64,000 nucleotides of DNA from Nitrospirales bacterium (GTDB taxonomy: Bacteria > Nitrospirota > Nitrospiria > Nitrospirales > UBA8639). Of this stretch, positions 28,192-36,355 are shown in pieces. Position 1 is the first letter of the stretch; each line of letters starts with the position of its first letter. The notes under the pieces are model-generated. The model searched no databases, had not been told where the DNA came from, and saw only the letters and a program-made list of their open reading frames with translations. The stretch covers positions 544,001 to 608,000 of the forward strand of contig CBDBCZ010000019.1 in NCBI GenBank assembly GCA_965203295.1. Direction: 5' to 3'. The translations under genes were made by a program, and so were the position numbers.

Positions 28192-28830
28192 ATGTTCTGG
28201 CGCAAGATAATTCTTGTGACAATTTTTAGTGTGAGCCTGCTTGCGAGCGCATGGGTTATGTCACCGATCTGGGCTGGCATGGAAGAGGGAGTCTTTTACG
28301 GGTTCACAGGACATATTTACCAACAAATCAATAGGGATAAACGGGAGTTTGTAGATGCCGAGTCCTGTACTCAATGGTTCTACCAACAACTGAGAAAACC
28401 CCCACGTCAATCCCCAGTTCAACGTACATCAGTGGTCCCTCTGGCGCCGAGGCGACAGGGAGACGATGAGACGGAACGGTGTTTATCTGAATATCCGAAT
28501 GGGATTGACGGAGCAAGGCAAGCTTTTGGTGAAACGCAGTCCGCTCTTCTCTTGAGCGTTAATGTGTACCAGTTCGCCCTAGTAGGCGATAGAGACGATG
28601 ATCGCGAATATAGTTCGCAAGAATTACGGGATGTGCTGGAATCGTTTGGAGTAGCGTTTTCTCAGAGAAGGACTCGGGAGGACTACGTAACGAGTTTAAA
28701 CCGCAAATTTGACTCTCTTCATCAATCTGGTGAGTATTCCGTTCTCCACGACGGGATCAAGACGTTGTACGAAAAAGGCTACCGTCTCAGCAGCGCGGAT
28801 CAGGAAGCGTTGAATCGCGTGCTTGGATAG
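28192..28830 (+). CDS. Secreted hypothetical protein with EF-hand-like loop
   Basis: Signal peptide; GDRDDDREYSSQEL. Confidence 0.65.
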   Translation: MFWRKIILVTIFSVSLLASAWVMSPIWAGMEEGVFYGFTGHIYQQINRDKREFVDAESCTQWFYQQLRKPPRQSPVQRTSVVPLAPRRQGDDETERCLSEYPNGIDGARQAFGETQSALLLSVNVYQFALVGDRDDDREYSSQELRDVLESFGVAFSQRRTREDYVTSLNRKFDSLHQSGEYSVLHDGIKTLYEKGYRLSSADQEALNRVLG

Positions 28831-28840
28831 TTTCCTGATT

Positions 28841-29521
28841 TCATTGAATCCTTTCGAACGCCTCACGTGAGCGGCTTCGTACTGTTTGATCCCAATCCTC
28901 CTTCATCGTGATGGCCAATTTGTCTTTGGCTTCTTGAGCGCGCATCCGCCCCAATGCTAAAGCGGCATTTCCTCGGACGTACGCATGGTCGTCTTCTAAT
29001 GCACGAATGAGAAGAGGAATACTTTCACGGTGTTGAAGAATTCCTAAATGGCTCGCGGCCATTCCGCGGATTCGATGTTGTTTATCTCTGATCGCGGATT
29101 TAAAGGTCGCAATACATGCCTTTGCCATTTCAGGGGCGGTAGCTTCCAATCCTTCGAGTTCATATTTGTTTAACTCAACGATCTCTATCGCAAGTTCAAA
29201 TTTTTTCCTTGGCGCGCGCTCCTTCGAGAATGCTTCAATCAATTGATCCCTTCGTCTTTGTGTGTTGCGACGCGTTCGAACCTTCCGAATTCCCACCCAT
29301 GTCACCAGGCTAAGAACCGATACCGAGAACAGAACTGGAATAACCTCGTCAATGATAAAATCTTGTGTGTCAAAATCAAGGTGATTCCATGTCCAGATCC
29401 CGGCAACGATGAGACCTAGAAGCAAAAGCACCGAGGCCAAACCAGCCGGTCCTCGTGGTTGAGGCTCCTTTGGTGATGACTCCTGTGGCTGAAGATTTTT
29501 GCTAAGGCTGTTAGGCAGCAT
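28841..29521 (-). CDS. Membrane-anchored HEAT-repeat protein
   Basis: Two hydrophobic helices then LIRALEDDHAYVRGNAALALG repeats. Confidence 0.8.
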   Translation of the reverse strand: MLPNSLSKNLQPQESSPKEPQPRGPAGLASVLLLLGLIVAGIWTWNHLDFDTQDFIIDEVIPVLFSVSVLSLVTWVGIRKVRTRRNTQRRRDQLIEAFSKERAPRKKFELAIEIVELNKYELEGLEATAPEMAKACIATFKSAIRDKQHRIRGMAASHLGILQHRESIPLLIRALEDDHAYVRGNAALALGRMRAQEAKDKLAITMKEDWDQTVRSRSREAFERIQ

Positions 29522-29640
29522 AGGTGAACTTTAATGAGCTAGGGATGACTTCAGAAGCAATCAATGAGAAACATGATACAACACTGATGGCGTCAGGCCT
29601 TCTAAAGCTCGCTTCCAATTCTGTGCGGTATCCATGCTCT

Positions 29641-30505
29641 CTACCTCGCTTCTTCAAGAATTTTGGCAAGCCGCGTGAGTTGCGATACCGTCCGGTCTTA
29701 TTGACGATCGCCATAGATTCCAATGAGGTTTCTTACTATGCGAGCGAGGATAAGGTGGTTGGGACTCTGTTGAAGATAGTGGGGCTTGAGGTCGTGCCCG
29801 GATTCTCGGAGAAACCGTTCGCAATCAGTTTGCGTGAGGAATGTCCCCTTCCTAAAACAATCCACAAAAATTTGGTCTGGCTCCACCTTCACTAAAAAAT
29901 GTCCTGGCATTCCTACGCCAACCACAGAAAGATTGAGTCGTTTCGCCAACAGCAAACAAAGAACACAAAGAGTAATCGGGATTCCCAATCGGCGATCCAG
30001 GACACGATGGAGAAAACTGTTTTCCGGGTCGTAGTAATCCTCTGTGTTGCCCCGAAATCCTTTTTCCTCAAATACATAATGAATCAATGGCACAATGGAC
30101 TCCTTGCCAGAGAGATCAGACCGTATCCGAGCCCCGATATCAGAAGCCATCGTTTCTAACTGAGAGATGTAGGGATCTGGATCGAGGTTGGGATAGGCAA
30201 TTTTCGCCAAGAGAAAGGCGCCGTGTTCCAGGTCCATTTCGGGATGAGCCGCTTTGCTGCAGCGTATGTTCTAGGTCTGTAAATTGGATGTCTTGGATGA
30301 CCTGTGCGAGACGCTGCGCCATGTGAGGGTCGTCACATTCAGCTTGCTGGAGATAGGGCAAGGCAGGCGGGTCAAGGGAGACAAGATGGTTATGAATGGT
30401 TGTCGAGACCTGTTTGTTGGAATCGGAAAGGAGGCGAATGAGCGCTTTGATTTGAGTCTCAGATGGCTCCTGCGGCTGAGTGTTCGGTGGAACGATCATC
30501 ACCAA
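29641..30505 (-). pseudogene. SirB1/transglutaminase-like family protein with frameshift and premature stop
   Basis: GFRGNTEDYYDPENSFLHRVLDRRLGIPITL, GMPGHFLV; frameshift near 30245; TAA at 29698-29700 followed in frame by DRTVSQLTRLAKILEEAR* ending 29641. Confidence 0.8.
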
Positions 30506-30535
30506 AGCCTGTATGAGGCAGGATACGGAGGGGGA

Positions 30536-31321
30536 TTACCCAATAGCTTTTTGGAAGGCTCGGGCCCCTCCAAACAGACAAATCGCATCAAAAATCATCA
30601 AAATGATGAAGGCTGTGGCTACCTGGGGAATGGCTGACTCCCAACCGGAAATAATGAGTGGACGCACGGCCTCAATGACCCAGGTCATGGGATTCAGATA
30701 GGCCACGGATCTCATCCAGCCTGGCATCGCTGAGAGCGGAACGAGAGCTGAACTGAGGAAAATCATGGGTAGGGAAAGAAATCCTAGGACCGAAAAGAAG
30801 TCCCCATGGCTCTTAACGGAAAAGGCCATGGCCATGGATATGGCGGTAAGCCCAATCCCGAACATCATGCCGACTAAGAGAATGAGAGCCACCCCGAATA
30901 AACCCGTTTCTGGGGTGACTCCGAAGAAAAAAGCTACGGTGAGAATGACCAAAATCTGCAAAGAGGTAATGACCATCACGAATAAATACCGGCTCACAAT
31001 GACCGATGTTCGGTGAATCGGAGTAGACATAAGCCGTTCCAAAAAGCCATTTTCTTTATCAAATAACAAATCGACTCCGCCAGATAAGCCATTATTCAGA
31101 ACAGTCATGACCACGACTCCCGCAGCCAGAAAACTCATGTAATGAGGTGCCTGAAAAATCTGAGTATCAGCGGCTCGTTCGAACAAGCTGCCAAAGAAAA
31201 TGAGCCAGAACAACATGGGTTGGATAAGGGTGAAAAGCATGCTGAATTTTTCGCGACTTAATCGGCGAACCCACCTCATCAACAATGCCGAAACTTCTTG
31301 AATGTAATGTGAAGAAATCAT
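30536..31321 (-). CDS. ABC-2 type exporter permease
   Basis: Six hydrophobic segments; DKENGFLERLMSTP, LNPMTW. Confidence 0.9.
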   Translation of the reverse strand: MISSHYIQEVSALLMRWVRRLSREKFSMLFTLIQPMLFWLIFFGSLFERAADTQIFQAPHYMSFLAAGVVVMTVLNNGLSGGVDLLFDKENGFLERLMSTPIHRTSVIVSRYLFVMVITSLQILVILTVAFFFGVTPETGLFGVALILLVGMMFGIGLTAISMAMAFSVKSHGDFFSVLGFLSLPMIFLSSALVPLSAMPGWMRSVAYLNPMTWVIEAVRPLIISGWESAIPQVATAFIILMIFDAICLFGGARAFQKAIG

Positions 31322-31430
31322 GAGATCAATACCGAAAAAAGGAACATGATTACATCAGGACTCATTCGATCATTTTCATTTCATACATATCATACATAAT
31401 GTAAACAGAGATATTGCAGGGCCTGCTTCT

Positions 31431-32417
31431 TTATTCCGGTTCGACCTCTGGAAATTCCCCCTTCATCGCGTGTCCTGTGTGGGTGAGAAACACGTCATCC
31501 AATCGAGGGCGATGGTACTCAAAACTCTCAACGGGGCAGTCCATCCTTCCGGCAAGTTCCAACACCGCTGACAATGACTTTTCCGGAGAATCGACCCGAA
31601 TCACGAGCCCGCTCGATGTGGTCTGAATTTCACGGATATAGGCCAAGGATTTTAATTCTGACGCCAACTGAGGGAGATTGGCTAATTTATCAGGGCTGAT
31701 TGTTAACGACACGCTGTCTCCTCCCAGTTGGGCTTTGAGGTCTTTTGGTGAACCGATCACGCGGATATGCCCGCCATCAATAATCGCTAATCGATCACAC
31801 AGTTGATCCGCTTCCTCGAGGTAATTGGTTGTCATGACAATGGTCATGCCCTTCGCCTTGAGGTTCCGAATATATTCCCAAATTCGCAGACGACTTTGGA
31901 CATCGAGTCCCAAGGTGGGTTCGTCAAGAAACAAAATTTTTGGATCTGGTAAAAGACCACAGGCAATATCGAGTTTTCTTTTCATACCCCCCGAATAAGT
32001 CTTAGCCGGGCGGTCGGCCTGGGTTTCCAAGTCCATGAGTTTCAACAGTTCTTCGATACGTTTTTGGGCTTGATCCTTTGGAAGATGGTACAAATCTCCT
32101 AAGAGGAGTAAGTGCTCTCTTCCCGTGAGGAACCGATCAATTGCCCGTTCTTGTGGAACATAGCCGATGAGGGCTCGTACGGTTTCCGCTTTCTCAACAA
32201 CATCATGTCCGCAGATCATGGCTTTTCCGGTTGAAGGGCGAAGAATCGTAATCAGGATCTTTAACGTCGTACTTTTCCCAGCGCCGTTCGGCCCAAGGAG
32301 CCCAAATATTTCGCCAGAAAAGATACGAAGAGACAGGTCTTCGACAGCCTTCACGGCTCCGTAGACTTTCCCAAGCTGATCGATTTCAATGGCGATGGAG
32401 GAGTCCATTACCCTCAC
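31431..32417 (-). CDS. ABC exporter ATP-binding protein (DrrA-like)
   Basis: GPNGAGKST, YSGGMKRKL, LFLDEPT. Confidence 0.95.
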   Translation of the reverse strand: MRVMDSSIAIEIDQLGKVYGAVKAVEDLSLRIFSGEIFGLLGPNGAGKSTTLKILITILRPSTGKAMICGHDVVEKAETVRALIGYVPQERAIDRFLTGREHLLLLGDLYHLPKDQAQKRIEELLKLMDLETQADRPAKTYSGGMKRKLDIACGLLPDPKILFLDEPTLGLDVQSRLRIWEYIRNLKAKGMTIVMTTNYLEEADQLCDRLAIIDGGHIRVIGSPKDLKAQLGGDSVSLTISPDKLANLPQLASELKSLAYIREIQTTSSGLVIRVDSPEKSLSAVLELAGRMDCPVESFEYHRPRLDDVFLTHTGHAMKGEFPEVEPE

Positions 32418-33073
32418 CTAGGAGAAACAGAATGCTCATGAAGTTTAAATTCGAGGAGATCGATGAGTCGGCGGGCTTGTTGGAGCAGGTGATCGGATTC
32501 TAAGAGAAATTGCTTTTCCAAAGTCGAAATATCTAAGCAGGAGGAAAGACAATTGACGAGTTGACAATCCGTGAGTTTCGGTGAAGAGATCAGGTTAGTG
32601 AGACCAGACACTTTCCGGAGCTGAAAGTACGCCTGAGCCTTTCCAATAATAAGCGACCTGACTGAATCATCAATTTGGCTTTGAGGGTCTGAGGGTTTCA
32701 ACGTCACCCGCCCTTGACGATAGCTTGCTTGAGACAATTCCTCAAGAATTTCAAATCGGTGTAGGCCTTCCAAAATGATATTGGAACGCCCATCTGGAAG
32801 TGTCTCACACTGAACAATTCGACCAACGCACCCGAGTTGAAAGATAGGCGGGTTCTCATAATAGTGATCTTCCCATCCATCTTTTAACAGGACCATCCCA
32901 ATGCAGTGTCCTTCCATATTGGCGTCTGCGACCATGTCTCGATATCGGGGTTCAAAAATATGAAGAGGTAAAAAGGTGTCGGGGAAAAAAACGACGTTCG
33001 GTAAGGGGAAAATGGGAATAATGTCTGGTATCGGGAACGTCTCTGATTGTGGTGTGAACTTCGGAGAAACCAT
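32414..33073 (-). CDS. LON peptidase substrate-binding domain protein
   Basis: IPIFPLPNVVFFP..LPLHIFEPRYRDMV, LPDGR. Confidence 0.9.
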   Translation of the reverse strand: MVSPKFTPQSETFPIPDIIPIFPLPNVVFFPDTFLPLHIFEPRYRDMVADANMEGHCIGMVLLKDGWEDHYYENPPIFQLGCVGRIVQCETLPDGRSNIILEGLHRFEILEELSQASYRQGRVTLKPSDPQSQIDDSVRSLIIGKAQAYFQLRKVSGLTNLISSPKLTDCQLVNCLSSCLDISTLEKQFLLESDHLLQQARRLIDLLEFKLHEHSVSPR

Positions 33074-33259
33074 GGGCTACGATAGCCGAGGGTCTTGAGA
33101 GTTGTCAACGGGAAGTTGGATCGTTTGCAGTTATCCAACTGATGAATCGCCCCTTCTGGTCTGGTTTTGCTGCGATAGATCCTCTATGATATAAGGCAGG
33201 TACTTCAAGAATTCTCATCGGGTCAACGAAGGTTTCCCAAAAAACTTATAGACGATACT

Positions 33260-34411
33260 TTGGATGAATTGTTTTTGATGAAACAAAAAATCTGCTTCAA
33301 TCTTTTGGCGTTTGCCATCGTTTCGCTCCCATCTACATTATGGTGTGATTCTGGTCCAACTCCCTCTTCAACTTCCCAATACGCTTTGCCAGGATACTCG
33401 TTTTCCTTCCCTTATGATCACGGGACCCATGACGAATTCAGGACCGAATGGTGGTACTTCACGGGCCACCTGTTCACAAAAAACAAACAGCGATTTGGTT
33501 TTGAGCTCATCTTTTTTCGCCGAGCCGTCCATGATCCTGAAGTCGTGAATCATCCCTCGAAGTGGGCTATTCGGCACTTGTATATGGCTCATTTTGCACT
33601 GTCTGATGGGACAACCCAACAATTTCGGGTTGCGGAAAAACTGAGTCGTGCTGGTTTGGGAAAAGCTGGGGCCAAACCTCGTCAATTGGAGGTCTGGATC
33701 GATGATTGGAGAGCGGAAGCCACAACCCCTGACCACAACAATATTCACCTTATCGCTTCCAAAGAGGGGTTTGCCGTGGATCTGCAGTTGTCCCTGAAAA
33801 AACCTCCAATCGTCCATGGGAAACAGGGAGTCAGTCGAAAGGGTGAATCTTTGGGTCAAGCGTCTCACTATTATTCTTTGACTCGTCTGAATACCCAAGG
33901 ACTGATCAGAGTCGATGAAACGCAGTTCGAGGTCACTGGCCTTACCTGGATGGATCATGAATTCGGATCAGGTGACTTGGGAGATGATCAAGTGGGATGG
34001 GATTGGTTCAGTCTACAACTAGAGTCTTCTGTTGAGGTCATGCTGTATCAGTTACGCTTGGAAAGTGGTGAGTTTGATTCAGCCTCCAGCGGGACGTTCA
34101 TTTTTGAAAATGGTCAATCCCGACACCTGCAGCAGAAAGAGTTTCAGGTTGTTGTACAAGACCATTGGGTCAGTCCACGAAGTCGTGCCAGATATCCCTC
34201 AGGGTGGACGATCACTATTCCATCTATGGAATTAGAGGTAAGGGTGACGCCTGTGTTCGTTGACCAGGAACTTCATACGCCCAAGAGTACCCGTGTGACA
34301 TATTGGGAAGGAGAGGTGGACGTTGATGGTTTTCTTGGGGGGGCTCCGGTTAAAGGGATAGGGTATGTTGAGTTGACTGGATATGCGGACCCTCTCGCAA
34401 AAGCTTATTAA
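33260..34411 (+). CDS. AttH/CrtC-like lipocalin-fold secreted protein
   Basis: FPYDHGTH...EWWYFTG, WMDHEFG, GWDWFSLQL, YWEG, GYVELTGY. Confidence 0.85.
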   Translation: MDELFLMKQKICFNLLAFAIVSLPSTLWCDSGPTPSSTSQYALPGYSFSFPYDHGTHDEFRTEWWYFTGHLFTKNKQRFGFELIFFRRAVHDPEVVNHPSKWAIRHLYMAHFALSDGTTQQFRVAEKLSRAGLGKAGAKPRQLEVWIDDWRAEATTPDHNNIHLIASKEGFAVDLQLSLKKPPIVHGKQGVSRKGESLGQASHYYSLTRLNTQGLIRVDETQFEVTGLTWMDHEFGSGDLGDDQVGWDWFSLQLESSVEVMLYQLRLESGEFDSASSGTFIFENGQSRHLQQKEFQVVVQDHWVSPRSRARYPSGWTITIPSMELEVRVTPVFVDQELHTPKSTRVTYWEGEVDVDGFLGGAPVKGIGYVELTGYADPLAKAY

Positions 34412-34425
34412 AAGAGATCTTCCAA

Positions 34426-34453
34426 CTCGGCACTCCATTCTCGGCACTCCATT
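34426..34453. repeat. Exact 14-bp tandem duplication
   Basis: CTCGGCACTCCATT x2. Confidence 0.85.
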
Positions 34454-34545
34454 CAGCAAGGATCTATAATGACAATCAAGACGCTGAGAATGGCTTTACG
34501 CGATGGAATAGTGATTGGCGTAAGGATGTGTGACGTCCCTGTTGA

Positions 34546-35595
34546 GTGATGATAGGTCTTCAAAAAATAAGGGTTTTGGCCTTTGGCTCCCTTTTCTTCG
34601 TGTTCATGCTGACTGGATGTGGAAGTCGTGACGACACGGTTGTGTCGATTGCCATTCATCCCATCAAAAACAATATTATGTATGTGGCGACGAATGAGGC
34701 CGTTTATAAAACTCGCGATAGAGGCGAGTCTTGGAACAGATTGAACGGAGAATTGCAACGAACGCGGGTGATAAACCTTGCTATTGATCCGCTTCTCCCG
34801 GCCAATGTTTTTGCAGGAACCATGTCTGATGGTGTGTACAAGAGTCCTGATGGTGGGCGACGCTGGTTGGTACACAATTCAGGAATTCAAAAAGGAACCA
34901 TTTCCGTTAATGTGCAGGATCTGGTCTTTAACCCAAGAAATACCCAAGCACTTTATGCTGCCACGACCGTGGGTATTTTTCGGAGCACAGATGGAGGACA
35001 ATCTTGGACCCAACGAATGGCGGGAATGACGGAAGTCAATTTTGTCGTCTCGTTAGCTCTTGATCCTGAGTTCCCCAATATCGTGTTTGCTGGAACAAGC
35101 GGGGGAATGTATCGGAGTGTGGATGCTACGGAAAGCTGGGTAAAAATTAATTCCGGTCTCGTTCCGGATACAGCCAAAATGGCTTCCATGGCATTGGGAG
35201 TGAATGTCATCGTGATCGATCCTCTGACAACCGAGACCATTTATGTAGGGACGACCAAAGGGTTATTTAAGTCCAATAATCGCGGCGATTCATGGGACAG
35301 AATACAGGGGAATCTCAGTGATCAATATATCAGCACATTGGTCATTGATCCCAACAACCCAAAACTTTTATACACTGGAACAAGTGAAGGGATTCACAAA
35401 AGCCTTGATGCCGGTGCCCATTGGCAATCCCTAGCCCAGGGTTTGGAAAGTCACAATATTAGGATTATTCACATGGATCCGAAGGATCCCCAAACGTTAT
35501 TTTGTGGTACCAACGGAGGTGGCCTTTATCAGAGTACGAACGGTGGAGAGACGTGGGTTCGACTTCCCATAATCGCCACGATACAAAACCCCTAA
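34546..35595 (+). CDS. BNR/Asp-box beta-propeller lipoprotein (Ycf48/VPS10-like)
   Basis: LTGC lipobox; repeated S-x-D-G-G-x-x-W boxes. Confidence 0.85.
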   Translation: MMIGLQKIRVLAFGSLFFVFMLTGCGSRDDTVVSIAIHPIKNNIMYVATNEAVYKTRDRGESWNRLNGELQRTRVINLAIDPLLPANVFAGTMSDGVYKSPDGGRRWLVHNSGIQKGTISVNVQDLVFNPRNTQALYAATTVGIFRSTDGGQSWTQRMAGMTEVNFVVSLALDPEFPNIVFAGTSGGMYRSVDATESWVKINSGLVPDTAKMASMALGVNVIVIDPLTTETIYVGTTKGLFKSNNRGDSWDRIQGNLSDQYISTLVIDPNNPKLLYTGTSEGIHKSLDAGAHWQSLAQGLESHNIRIIHMDPKDPQTLFCGTNGGGLYQSTNGGETWVRLPIIATIQNP

Positions 35596-35690
35596 TTATT
35601 AGTATTTTATTATTAGGAAATTATACTATTTTATGTTCTCGCCTCCGTTACAATTCCATCTTACAAATCGACTAAATTCGGCGTAATTTT

Positions 35691-35828
35691 TGTTACGAAA
35701 ATGTAACATTGGCAGGGCCAAACGTGATGATTCATTCCACGGGCATTCGAGACTTGAAAAATTGACAGAAACCTTTCAACAAAGATCCAATTATTTCATG
35801 AATTGGCCTATAGTTACCTATTAGTAAC
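35691..35828. promoter_or_regulatory. Two palindromic GTTAC-N6-GTAAC sites (candidate activator binding sites for nxrAB)
   Basis: TGTTAC-GAAAAT-GTAACA (35691-35708) and GTTAC-CTATTA-GTAAC (35813-35828). Confidence 0.55.
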
Positions 35829-36053
35829 ATCATAGAAAAAATAAACTTACAAATGTTTTCAAATACTTATAACATCAATACTGTAAAGAGACCAACAGAA
35901 AAATATCCAAGTCATTTTTTACCTTCACAAAGTAATGTAAATAACTAAAATAGCTAAATAAAGATATAGAAAGAAGATCTATTGATTCGTGTTACCGTTA
36001 CTTTACGTTTGACCTAGTTTTTTTGAACTATCTAAATTTAATTTTTATAATAA

Positions 36054-36066
36054 TTTCAATTAGTTA
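36054..36066 (+). promoter_or_regulatory. IHF-like site
   Basis: TTTCAA-TTAG-TTA, one mismatch to WATCAANNNNTTR, in an AT tract just upstream of the sigma54 motif. Confidence 0.45.
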
Positions 36067-36087
36067 TATCTATTTTATAGATTTTAG

Positions 36088-36141
36088 AAATATGGCTCAT
36101 GTATTGCTTATATAAAAATATGGCTCATGTATTGCTTATAT
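36088..36141 (+). promoter_or_regulatory. Tandemly duplicated sigma54 (-24/-12) promoter of nxrAB
   Basis: AAATATGGCTCATGTATTGCTTATAT at 36088-36113 and 36116-36141; each contains TGGCTC-N5-TTGCT matching TGGCAC-N5-TTGCW. Confidence 0.75.
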
Positions 36142-36200
36142 TGTAGGGGTGGAACAAGGGATTTTTGAGGTTTTTACGTTTTGATCGAGAAGGAGTTTAC

Positions 36201-36320
36201 GTGAGTAATAATCCTCAAACAGTTCTGAGAAAGGAGGTGGTTGGTTTTCCGTGCCCACCACAGGGATTTAGCGAAGTAACCCAATGGGGATGGCAACCCC
36301 ATGAGGGTAGGTTTCATTAA
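36201..36320 (+). CDS. Possible 39-aa leader peptide upstream of nxrA
   Basis: AAGGAG-5 nt-GTG; MSNNPQTVLRKEVVGFPCPPQGFSEVTQWGWQPHEGRFH*; below ORF-track cutoff. Confidence 0.3.
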   Translation: MSNNPQTVLRKEVVGFPCPPQGFSEVTQWGWQPHEGRFH

Positions 36321-36355
36321 CAAACATTAAGCCTTCACATCAGGAGGTAAACGCA

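Noticed and set aside
8131..36141. CRISPR array
   Set aside because: The direct repeats are two-copy tandem duplications without spacers; no cas genes.
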